A DNA stretch of 64,000 nt from Marsupella aquatica (lineage: Eukaryota > Plantae > Marchantiophyta), in NCBI GenBank assembly GCA_973895155.1, contig OZ316893.1, positions 16,398,645 through 16,462,644 of the forward strand, read 5' to 3'. This document shows positions 12,201-23,900 of the stretch, piece by piece (within the stretch, counting starts at the first letter, position 1; every line of letters begins with the position of its first letter). Made by a program: the position numbers and the translations under genes. The notes under the pieces are model-generated. The model did not search any database and had not been told where the DNA came from. It saw only the letters and a list, made by a program, of their open reading frames with translations.

Positions 12201-14460
12201 CTGGCCCCAATGGGAAGCGGCTATTAACTCTGAACTTGACTCTTTGATCAAACGCCAGGTTTTTGGACCAATCACTCTAGCTCCCACCCACAGCCATCTG
12301 ACCGGCTACAGATTCATCTTCGTCCAAAAGAGAAATGCCAAGGGCGAAGTAGTTAGATATAAGGCCAGACTAGTGGCGAAGGGCTACACCCAAATCCCAG
12401 GTCAAGACTATGACCTGACACATTCCCCAGTGATGGACTCAATTACATACCGCTACATGATAGCGTTTGCTTTACTACACAAGCTAGTCATGCACATCCT
12501 GGATGTAATAACAGCTTACCTGTATGGCATGCTAGATACCAAAATTTACATGAAAGCTCCTCCAGAGCTTCTCAATAGATTGTCTTTCCATATTCAGGGG
12601 GAGAAGTCAGGCATATCAGTCCAATCACTACGATCTGGCATGATCCAGATGGCTCCTACTGAGCCCTTAATTGTGCAAATTACAAATTCAGGACCTACTG
12701 TCCGCTCTGGTGGGCTATACCCACCACATACTCCACAGCAAGTGCCTACTGCATGCAGCAAGAGACCTCAAATGGAATATGCCATACAAATCTTGCGTTT
12801 AATGTACGGCCTAAAGCAGAGTGGTTGGATGTGGTATAAACGATTCCAAGCTGAAATGTTAGCTTTGGGATTTATAAATGATGAGCTAGCACCCTGTCTA
12901 TTTCTAAAATCTCAGGCAGAGGAATTTGTCATAATAGCTATCTATGTAGATGACCTGAATATATTCGGGACACCACAACTCACAGCCCATACACTCAGTA
13001 TTCTGAAGGGCACATTCGAAATGAGGGACCTTGGTCCACCTAACTTCTGCCTTGGCATTCAGTTCGACTACCTGCACAATGGTATTCTGATTAGTCAATC
13101 TACTTACACAGAGAAGATTTTACGATAGTTCAATATGCAAGTAGCTCACCCTGTCAGCACACCAATGGAGCTTCGCTCCTTAGACACTAACAAAGATATG
13201 TTCAGAAGGCGCGGCGAAACAGAACCTCTTCTTGGATCAGACAAACCCTACCTATCTACCATTGGTGCCCTTATGTATTTGGCTAATCAGACTCGTCTCG
13301 ACATCTCTTTTGCTATCAACTTATTGGCCAGACATAGTTCTCAACCAACCATCCGCCATTGGAATGGGCTGAAAAGGATTTTTCGATACCTGAAGGGCAC
13401 AGTCGACGTTGGTCTATTTTTCTGAAAGATGCTGAAGACAAATTGATTGGATTTGCAGATGCCGGCTACCTCTCTGACCCTGGAGATGCCAAATCACAAA
13501 CAGGGTACGTTTTTATTCAAGGTGGCACTGCAATTTCGTGGCGAAGCTCCAAGCAAACACTAACCACAACATCCTCTAATCATGCAGAAATCATAGCTCT
13601 GTATGAAGCCTGCAAAGAATGTGTATGGTTATGCAGCATGCTCCATCACATCCACAAGCACACTGGTCTCCAACAATTTCAAAAGCCCACTACTATTTAC
13701 GAAGACAACCGCCCCTGTGTGGATCAAATTGCTCATGGCTTCATAAAAGGTGACAGAATTAAACACATCTCACCGAAATTCTTTTATACACATGAACAGC
13801 ACGGTGATCAAATTCAGGTCGAATGGATACCCAGCCGAGACAACCGAGCAGACTTATTCACAAAGCCATTACCACCAATTTTGCATAAGGAACATTCATA
13901 CAGCATTGGCATGAGAAGCCTATCCACACTGCACACAGAGCAAACATGACCATTGCGATCCGCCTCCATCTTCTGCACGATTATAGAAGACACAACAGCC
14001 ATTACCACTCAAGATGCATTTGCATGTTCACCTTGGCCTATCAAGAACGCATCCATCGAAGCACATGATTGTTTGCTAAACAAGAATCAAAGATATCCAT
14101 GCTGCAGCCATTTACCTTCACCGTCTATACGAAAATAATGAAGCATTACACATGGAGACGCAGCGACCCGTCATCTCCATGCTAAACTCCTTCCCTTCGT
14201 AAAAAGACATAACATAAGCCAGTTTTAGGTCGCATACCTTATTAGGAACGCTGCAGCGCAATACTCTTAGTTTTCTTTTCTACTTTGCATCTACATTTCA
14301 ATACGGACCCATGCAATGTACAGAGTGGTGGTACTCTTTCCCCCAGAAGAAAGCGGGGGGTTTTAATGAGACCACACTCTCCTTATGGGTACCAAAATAA
14401 TCCACCTAGGGTTAGTATTACTCCTTAAGATGGTTACTTTATTATGCTATTCAAGTAACC

Positions 14461-14672
14461 AAGGGGGAGTGTTGTAATATGGAGTTAACACTAACCCGAG
14501 TCATGGTAGTACGGTTAGTTAGTCCTAACTAACCGAAGCTTAGGTTGTTACTAACAAACCTAACCGCATGTAATAGATCGAGTCCTTAGGGACTCTATAA
14601 GGTAATGGAAGTTGGAGGGAACCTCCAGTTGTTGGCGTATGTTCTACTCTCATCTTCTTGTCTCTAAATACC
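14461..14672 (+). repeat. PPT (AAGGGGGAG) and probable 3' LTR of the Bianca-like copia; right boundary uncertain
   Basis: A purine tract at 14461-14469 is followed directly by TGTTGTAAT at 14470. The partner LTR lies outside the window. Confidence 0.55.
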
Positions 14673-14759
14673 ATCCCCTTTGTCAAGGCAATATAACTTT
14701 CAATTGTTTGCTTTGTTTTTAGAATGTGCAACCCTCTCCAAATATGTTACCACAGAGAT

Positions 14760-15324
14760 TGAGAACAACATATTGAGAAATGGGTATGCCAAAAAGAAGG
14801 AAATGGATCAGAGTCACACTCCCCATCAAGTGATAGTGGAAGCAGTAACCCTGATGAAGAGGTACCTCGGACAGATGAACAAGTAACCGATGACCGGGAT
14901 AGAGCCATGGATGACTTTATGGTTGATTGGTTTGGTGCCGACACCCCTTGTGATGAAGTTAATGACCTTCCCAATGAAGGACAGGTGACCCCCAATGATC
15001 CACACCCAAGACATACCCTTGAGGGACAACGCCAATGGGAAGAAGCAGAGGAACATGCCCAAACACCTATCTATGAGGGTGCTCATTTGAGTCATCTTTC
15101 AACCATCTTGGGGTTGATGAACCTAAAGGCTAAACACAAGGCAAACAATGCCTTGTTATCTGATATGTTTGCACTTTGCCATGATCTTATGTTACCCACT
15201 AAGAATGTGTTGCCAGCAACTTGGAAGGAGGCAAAGAGTGTTCTCTCATCTATTGGCATAGAATATCATATTGTTCATGCATGTGTGAATGATTGCATGT
15301 TATTTCATGGGGCCAATGCAAACA
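14760..15324 (+). pseudogene. CACTA/En-Spm transposase (TnpD-like) N-terminal fragment
   Basis: The segment TPIYEGAHLSHLSTIL...LPTKNVLPATWKEAK...YHIVHACVNDCMLF matches the conserved HACxNDCxL region upstream of Transposase_21. It is truncated at ~15325, where another TG-starting sequence begins. Confidence 0.8.
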
Positions 15325-16910
15325 TGTCATGCGCATACACATTGCTACACAACATACATCGCTTGTCACACACATTCAAACATATCCACAATGCAGCATC
15401 ACAAACACAAGAGAATGGAATACAAGTGGAACTCATGTCCACACATGTCCAAAACCCACAATCGCCCCCCTAGCTGGGAGTAAGGTCCCCTAACTCTAGC
15501 TAGCCATGAGTTCTACAAGGCTGATATACGCCTTTTTAAGTATGAAGATCAGGAGGCCGGGTGCAAGTGGTAGATTGCATGATTGAGGACTGTGATGCCT
15601 AGCCAGGAATCACCAGGCCATATTAGGAGTAAAATAGGAGGGTATACAATAAACCATTAGTATGAGGGCAAAAAACCAGGGAAAACCATAAACAATAAAC
15701 CATAAACCAGGGAAAACCATAAAGCATACATGGAACCGTAGCCGAGGCCAAAAGAGGAGTAACTATCACTAGGTCAAGATTAGGGTTAAGGCATGTAACC
15801 CTGGCGGCTACCGGTAATCGGTATCAAGACATACAGCGCTGGCCAGATGGAGGGGGGGTAAGGCAAGGCAACCCAGGAGTGACGGCTCATATTTGCACCT
15901 CGAGCAAGCAAAGTGCAAGCAGAAGCCAACGATTGTCAGCTGCGGAGGAGAACACAGGAGGGGCATAAGCAGCTACCAAGCAAAGCCAGAGAAGGGAATG
16001 AGCAACATCAATCACGCAACACATTTTTGGGGATGCCTGTTCGAACGGGCAAGTGAGTACGTTGGGACTTACAAAGAGGAAGAATCAAAAAGAGCAGCCC
16101 GCGAGCAATAGGGACTTGCTCGGCTGTGGGAACTGCAGAAGACAACCTTCTTAGGAGGAGAACTCATCAAGGTTGAATTCCTGTGGACACCTACTGTTGA
16201 TGAGCTTGACGACCTTCTAATTCGAGACAACAAAATTGTTGGCATTTGGCAAGCCATCAAAAACTGCAACGACAAACATTGGGACCTGAAAGGTTGCACG
16301 GTGGCGTGGACAAAAGCAACAGTGTTGGGAGAATCTTCAGGTGCCGCTGAAATGAAGAGGAAGATGGCCAACAATGAAGAAAACACACCGGCCAAGAGAA
16401 CAAGGTCGGCAGCATCAAGGAAGCCGGCCGAATAGGGAAGGTAGAGAGAGGAGGAAATCGAGGAACAAGAAGTCGACCCAGTCAATGCCGTCCCTACCCA
16501 AGACAACACCTGGAAGGGATGGGCGGCAATGATACCACTGGCAATGCAACTACATTTTGCACGAGAGGAGGATGCATGCTTTACAGCCATGCAAACCAAG
16601 AAGTACCAAGGCTTCATGGCCCGATCAGGCTTGGAGACCTTTGTAAGACTGCCGTGGCTGAGGAAGGAGGTGCCAGAATTGGACTTACTGGAATTCGTGG
16701 TATCGTGGGATTACCAATGTGTTTGGCTTGCTGATGGGCAACAAAGCTAAGGTAGAAACCTGGAAGAACTTGCCAAACAAGGAATTTAGATCGTTCCCTG
16801 GGCCGTCAACAAAGAATGGCTTCCTCCGGAGCACCTGCACCAACCCGCATATTGGAGAAATAATTGATTTCTTCCGGGTAACAATGCATTGCAACTGGCC
16901 GAGGCCGGAG

Positions 16911-17155
16911 CTCGGGGGGTTAACTAAGTGTATATTTTGGGGTACCACGTGCAATCCAAGAATATTCTCTATTTTCAATATTAATAAACTATTTTACTTT
17001 ATAAAGGGTATATATTAAAGAATATTCTATAAACATGAGTTTATAATACCTTCTTTTGCCTCCTACGCTTTTTAAAAATTTAATTAAAATCTGCCAAAAA
17101 TACCTATTTTGGATCGCACGTGGTTTCTAAGATTTTTGATAGTCAACCCCCCGAG
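16911..17155. mobile_element. 245-bp MITE / non-autonomous TIR element with 8-bp TSD
   Basis: TIRs CTCGGGGGGTTAACTA / TAGTCAACCCCCCGAG (15 of 16 match). TSD GGCCGGAG at 16903-16910 and 17156-17163. AT-rich core and subterminal inverted ACCACGTGCRATCCAA. Confidence 0.92.
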
Positions 17156-17310
17156 GGCCGGAGATCAGCAAGCCACAAGTGTACCTGGCAGAGAGGCCAG
17201 ACCCAAGCCGGGATTACAATGGGTACCTCCTCAACCAACTCAGAAAGATATTAAAGGAGGAATAGCAGGTGATTAGCCAAGGGAGCGTATCCCGGCTTGG
17301 TTATCACATG

Positions 17311-20063
17311 TGTCAAGCGATTAACATGGGTCTTAACACCAAAAACATCACTATTAGGTACCAAAACCATCTCCTTGTACCTGAGGATCACAAAGGGATG
17401 TTGTGAAGGCCGATAAAGACCAGTTTATGCCCTTAACACCAGACTATCATAGCAAGACTCTATCACACATCACCCAAGCTCAATCCTTAGGAACCAAGGT
17501 TGGGAATCAGATCCTGTGCTCATGATAGTTCTGGTGAGAAGGGGTCTTCATATCGGGCCCGTACACATAGGGCCTAGCGCTATGGTGCGCATATGTCTAT
17601 ACGTATGCTTACTATCATAGGTATATTTCTATTCCGCCGCCAGAATGTACCCATAAACCAATGACTCCTGACTGATTCCCGGCTTAGGGACTTCTAAGCC
17701 ATTGCCCCACCACTCTGCCATTCCACTCTCAGCAATCAGAGCTATGACAACCCTCACCCAACCCACTTCAATGCACCCGGTACACCTCTCAGTGGCGCTG
17801 CTAGTCCCATCATACACTCAGATTGCCTCACACACACACACATCCATGAGAGAAATGAGGCTTGAGAGGAAAACTCAATTAGATTCAAAGATGTGCACAA
17901 TAGTTCACTAAGAACACTTGATCCGAACAATAGGCCCGAAGGCTGTCTACTCCAGATTGCAACGTGCTTGCCCTGCAACCCCCGTGCTTGCCATGCAAGC
18001 TCAATCCTGAACCTGAGCCCGACTCACTCCAGATTGCGACGGTAGATTGGACTCAAACCAATCCCGTACTTGCCTTGCAAACTCAATCCTGAACTCAACC
18101 TCCTTCACTGCACTTCATTCTTGGGGGCACATACAAATCTCACACCTCCATTTCAGAATGGCAAGTTACACATGCACAGTTGACTTGACTTCAAAGCTGG
18201 TACCAGGCCTAACGGCAATCTACCCCAGATTGCAATGAGGCCTGGCCTCATGCTTGCCCTGCAAGCTCAGCTCTGGCCATAAATCCCTTAGTGCTCTCTA
18301 CCAGACAAAGGCTGGGACTCCCCATGGATCACGTAGCCTTGCCAGACTAAATTGTAAGTGCTCCTCCTGCTACCCCTCAATCAGTATCTCAGCCTCCCTA
18401 ATGTGCTCACCGCAAATCACATTGAAATCCTCCCCACATTTTGCAATCACCAACACATCACCTATCACCAAGGCTCTGTATCGGGGGAAAAGAACCCAAT
18501 TGTGTTGCCTACTAGAAAGAGCCACAATCCAGCTTGCAAACCTGGCCAACTGTTGCTGTGAAGCGTGGCTGATCACTCCCTGAGTAATAGCTCAACCAAG
18601 CTCTCCCCAACACATAGCTTCCAAGCCCAGCCTTCCTTGCACAGAGCTCCTCCCTGCTGCTCAGTCTACGTGAGATCACACAACTGATGTCCCCCCCCCC
18701 TTGCCTCTACCGGGGCTGCTCTATATACTCTCATACTGAGCCCAAATAAGTGGATACTACGCTGCTGGAGCCCCATCCCAGCCCTAACAGAGCCGTCACT
18801 ATCTCTAACTACTGAACCCTAACTCGCAACTTTATTTCTATCTTGAATTGGCTATGTACTTCGGATTTGGCCCTCCTCCATAGTTTTTGCGAGCTTGCGC
18901 CTCCTCTCCCAATTTCTCTATTCACCCATTTGCTGTGTGGATAGCAGCGTTGGAAGCGGCTTGAGCTCCTCTTTCCAACGAGGTCAATTATAGCCGATTT
19001 GGTCAAATACACAAAAAGTTGTGCCCCCATAACTGAGAGGGGGTATTCACTGTTGCGCTAACCCGAGTTACATATCTAACCCGAGTTTGGCTAACCTAGC
19101 TATCCTATCTAACCCGAGTAGAGCTAACCCGTGGTCTCGGGTTAGGCCGCTACCCGCTATCCGCTAATTCTAGGCTAAGCTGAGCCCGAACCCGAGCTTA
19201 TCTATGCTAACCCGAGCCCATGTTTAGGCTAACCCGAGTTCAATCTAACCCAAGCTCAATCTAACCCAAACCCGGGTTAAGCCTAAGCTGAAGCCGTGTT
19301 GACCTTAGCTAAGCTGAAGCTGTGTTGACCTGAGCTAAGCTGAAGCCGAGCTCACATAAGCTAAGCCGTGGCCGAGCTTAGGTTAACCCAAAACCGAAGC
19401 CGAATCCGCTAATTCCGACCACAAGTTAACCTGTCACACTAATCAGACAGTATCTTTCTTAACACACCTTTGTTTCCCAAGTGTTTTATATTGATTTTAC
19501 TCGCCTTGACCAGATCTTTCCAATGCTCTTTACAGATCCGGATTTGGTGACATATTGAAAGAGATATGGTCACCGACCACCTGCGACATAGCTTTTATTT
19601 CCCTAACTTTCTAAGACTAGACTATGAACCACTAACCCAAATAACAAAATGAAGCTACACACCCAAAGACATTCAGATTTTATCATGAGAACAATCACCA
19701 TACCACACAGCTTCATATTCAGCTATGGAGACTTGCTTCCTTGAATTACCATGCCTACCTCCGTACCGGCGTCTTGAAGGGCCTTCATGCTCCATCTTGC
19801 TTGTCAAGAAGATGGTGTGGTTGAAGAGCTGAATCCTCTCTTCCCCAGTTTCTCCTTTGTGGCCTTGACAGTGACTACCTCAACTGTGTCTGCCTTGGTT
19901 GTGCAGTCTTCAAGTTGAAATACCTTTATCCCTACTCTTAACGCCATGATTGCCCTTATTCTTGCCATCTTGCTAATTGTTATGCAATATCAATAGCTAC
20001 TCCTTGCATAGAGTAGCCTAGTTAATCAGATTATAGAATAATGACCATGTCATCGGCGTCACA
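17311..20063 (-). mobile_element. 2,753-bp solo LTR of a different family, no long ORF
   Basis: TGTCA...TCACA ends with TSD ACATG at 17306-17310 and 20064-20068. Removing it restores GYHMPLLC in the host X ORF. The strand is inferred only from a hairpin motif shared with X. Confidence 0.85.
19058..19410. repeat. Array of TAACCCGAG / AAGCTGAAGCCG-like short motifs inside the solo LTR
   Basis: More than 10 dispersed TAACCC(GAG) motifs, several of them inverted (CTCGGGTTA). Confidence 0.75.
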
Positions 20064-20904
20064 ACATGCCGTTGTTATGCCAGTATGCCCGAAGTCAAAT
20101 CTTTGCCCCGATCCTTCCCCTGCAGGCTATAGCACCAAAAGAGGAATCAGACCCGAGGCCGACAGCAAAGCAACCCGATCCGCCCGACAGCCCCACGATA
20201 GCTCAGGTCTTCCGACAGGTGCCGGAAGCTGGTCCGATGCAACAACCGGGCATGCAGAGCCTCTTGCACATACTGAACAAGGAGAAGGCGGCTCTAGCAC
20301 CAGAGGCAGCAGTAGTGGGCAGCAAAGAACCACTAGAGGAGAACCCATGGCCAGGGGTCGTAAACAGAAGCAGGCCGGAAAACAAGCCAGGGGTGCGGAT
20401 GTATGTAGGAGCCTCTAGTGAAGAATCAGAGGAGCTGGGACCCAGGGTTCCTAGTCCTGAAAAGGAGTGTGGAAGTCAGGAGCAGGAGCCGGAAGGGCAA
20501 GCTGCACGCATGTATAATCTTTGGCAGGAGGCCGGGTTTACGGCTAGTCCTAGAGAGGACAAGCAGGCACCAGGACACCCAAAGGCCGGGGAATACGTGG
20601 AGGAATACCACGAGGACTTGGGTTACGGGTCGGATCGCTCGGTACCAAGGGTGCGGACCTGCGGCTATTTTATCCCCAGACTACCAAGAGTGGTGCGTGG
20701 GGATCCACAACAGCAGGGGGCCCGGAGTCTCCCCCACTGGACGTACCTCCACCAATGTTTGACGGAAGACAATAGGCCGATCACGAGTTGCAGCAGCGAT
20801 TCAATGACCTGGAGGAAGCAACCCTGGCCAAGGAGAAGGACTTGCCAGGCGGTGGATGGCCGGAGGACATTCGGCAAATAGCAGGGACTCAAGCCGTGCC
20901 TTTG

Positions 20905-23900
20905 TGTGGTGCGTCCCATGGCTCCCTAAACCCAAGAAACCCCCCTGGACAAGCCGATTCCCGCAGGTTTTGCGGCTTAGCGGCATGGGATGCTGCTAAC
21001 TCTCTACTAACATTTTACACACATACACTGGACAGATCCTTCATCGGGTCATGAGATACGTAGTCGGCCTATTCTATGCCTTCCCTTGTCTTCCTCTTGT
21101 GGTCTTCCTTTAGGTATGTTTGGATTCCATAGCCGGAATGATCCCCAACTGGCTTGGGTAAGCCGGTAAGACCTCTCTCTCAGCTCGACACATCCAACTC
21201 TTACTACCTTGCTTACTCCCTTCTCTTGGTTGATGTGGGCAATCTTCAAACAAGTTAATGTGACACACAAATAGCAAAATGACTCCTTCTAACTGAGTTA
21301 TACCATGCTTTTGCCATACAAACAGTACTTCTCATACACAAGATCTGCAAACTAAGCCGTGAGGCCAACTCTATTCATCTCTTAGGCATGAGGAAACATG
21401 AATATACACAAGGGTCACAATATAACTAACCGAGAGCTTCTTTTACTACTTGATCCCAGCCCTGCTGGTGCACTAAAAGCTTGTTAAGGAAGAAGGCCCT
21501 GAACTCCCCGCTGCCCAGGTACTTATCCTGGCAGTGGATCCGCCTAATTCCTTGCAGCATAAGCCTAATCTATCCTATCTGTAATCTACCTATGTACAGC
21601 GAGGCAGGAGCACAAGTGTTGCTCTTACCAGTGGATCCGCAATCCCACTAATCTAAGTGTCAGGGCCGCCTCTTGGTCCTGATCCTAAGTCTGAACTTGG
21701 AGATCTGAGCCCGCCCTGCCCACTCACGCCTCCTCCCTCCATGTCCGCCCTCCTTAAAAGGAGCGGCCCTCCACCACCGTCATGGTAGCGGTGGCTGGTC
21801 TTCAATGGATGCCCCCAACGCTTCCTCCGCAGCCACTGCCGTAGGTCCGTCTTCAGACAGATTACCTGCCCCAGACCCAGTCAACTCACCCGCGGCCTGA
21901 CCAGGTCCACCCTCGGCTTCGGCCTCAGCATCGGCCACGGACTCTAATACGGCTATGGCCTCCCCGACATGCTCAAGTGGTGGATCCGGTACTCCGGGTT
22001 CATCATTGAGTATCTTGGCCTCAGCTTTGCCATCCCCGCCTTCTAGGGCAGTTGGATCCTCTGCCGTGACCCTGCTTGAGGTTGGTGTCGGGTTCTCCTC
22101 CGTGGTCACGACTGCTGGAGAAGCCGTGTTACTCCCTGACCCAGAAGGTTTCCGCTTCTTCTTCTTCCCTGGTTTGGCAACTGGTCCCTTCCCCTTGCCA
22201 CTTACCTCCGGCAGTGGTGCGAGTGTTGCGGCTTGTCCTTTGGCTAGTACTACTCCTGGCAACTTGGTTGCCCCAATTGGAGTTGGAACTGATGAAGCCA
22301 AGCACTTAAATACTGCGGCTTGTTTCTTTAGCCGCTCTGTTTGGTTGTCGGCCCGCCGCTGTAAGTTCTCCATCTTCCTCGTGCTTTCTTCCAACTCCAC
22401 AGGTGTTTTGTCCAGGTCCTTCCGCACCTACTCCAGCTCCTTTTGGGCTTTCTCTAACTCCTTTTGGGCTTCCTCCAATTCCTTCTTTAAGGTAGCCCTC
22501 TCCTCTTGGGTTGCTCTTAGCTCTTTGTCAAGCTTTGTTACGACCTCAGACTCCATTTTATTCATCTTGGCATAAGTCTGATCGAGCTGGTCATCTTTCT
22601 CACGCAGGTCGGCCTTGAAGCTGGCCGTTAGGGATGCAAGCTCCTGCTGCAGCACAATAATCCCTTGATAGGATTTCCCTAACTCGGCCTCCTTCTGCTC
22701 AAGGGCTCCGCGGATATCCTCGAGCTCCCCCTTCAACGCCCTCTCCCTCCTCTAGGTCTCCGCCATGGCCTGATTGTTGGTTGCTATGTGGGCCTCCTCT
22801 GCGTCCCTTAGTTCTCGCTTCCACTTCTCCCTTTCCTTGACCGCATTGGCCAACTCCCCTCGGGTCCGAGTCAGTTTATCCTTGATAATCTGATTATCAG
22901 ACTGAGCGGTATCCAGTTGCCCCTGCATGATGTTTAGCTCATGCCGCTTAATCCGCAGCTCATCTTGGGCTTTCTTGGCCGCCTTTAGGTCCTCTGCCTC
23001 GGCTACCTTCTCCCTAAGCCGTTGGATGACCTCGTCCTTCTTCCTTCTCTCCAAAGCCATCGCTTCTTCCAATCGGCGTTTCTCCAACATCTCCCTCTGG
23101 AAAAAGGGTCCCTGCTCCAACTCCTCCCCAAAGATGCTGAGCGCAAGTTCCCCAAACATCTCCCCGTACTCCATGGCTCTTTCTTTAGCATAGGTGGAGT
23201 GAGTAGAAGTCATCGACATCAACCACCGTGGCCTTTGTTCCCAAGCCGCCTTCCATATTTCTTCTATCGTGGCTGGAGGGCTGCCCCATCTTTCTGCAAG
23301 CCGCCGGATGTCCTCTGGCCATTCTCCCCCAGGTAAATCATTCTCCCTAGCTAGGGCTGCCTCCTCTTCTTCCCTGAGTCGCTCCTGAAATTCTTGTGCC
23401 GTCTATTTTATTCCGTCAAAGCTTGGGGGAGCGACATCTGGCGGGGGAGACTCGGGGCTATTCTGCTGGGTGGGGTCCCCTCAAACTACTCTTGCAAGCG
23501 TGGGGATGAAACGGCCACAGGTCCTTATTCCTGGGACATGATGGTCCGATCCGTAGCCAGAGTCATCATTGTCGTAGTCCTCCACCTCCTCCCCAACTTG
23601 GACTACTGACTCCTCTCGCTGCTCTCCTGGTCTTGCTGTGAACACGGCCTCCTGCCGATCATAGCTCACAGGTCCTAGTTCCTCCTCCGGCTTCCAGGCT
23701 ATCTTCTCCCTCTCTTTCCTGTGAACACGAGCCTTAGGCTGCCTTCCCTCAGCTTCGGGACTTGAGGCTCCTACATACATTCGAACCCCCGACTCATGTT
23801 CCGGCCTCCTTCTTTCCTTGGCTCCGGTAAAGGGGTTTTCCTTCATGAGTCGGCTTAGGCCGACCTCTAAAGTAGTGTCCTGTACCTGTGCCGTGGGCGT

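Larger units (their letters stand above)
1..13949 (+). pseudogene. Ty1/copia (Bianca-like) gag-pol, degenerate; gag split by the X solo LTR at 77-9622
   Basis: Joining 1-76 to 9628 onward gives RFDHMKTISLPAARHDWINLRVQD|HATIANYNSELFRITSQL, a Bianca-type gag. Downstream are a CCHC knuckle (CFRCGTKGHTQKDC), protease IVDSGT (~10381), integrase (HADVCGP, VDNAGEF, QNGIAE), RT (YGLKQSG, YVDD) and RNase H (ADLFTK), in copia order with stops and frameshifts. Confidence 0.9.
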
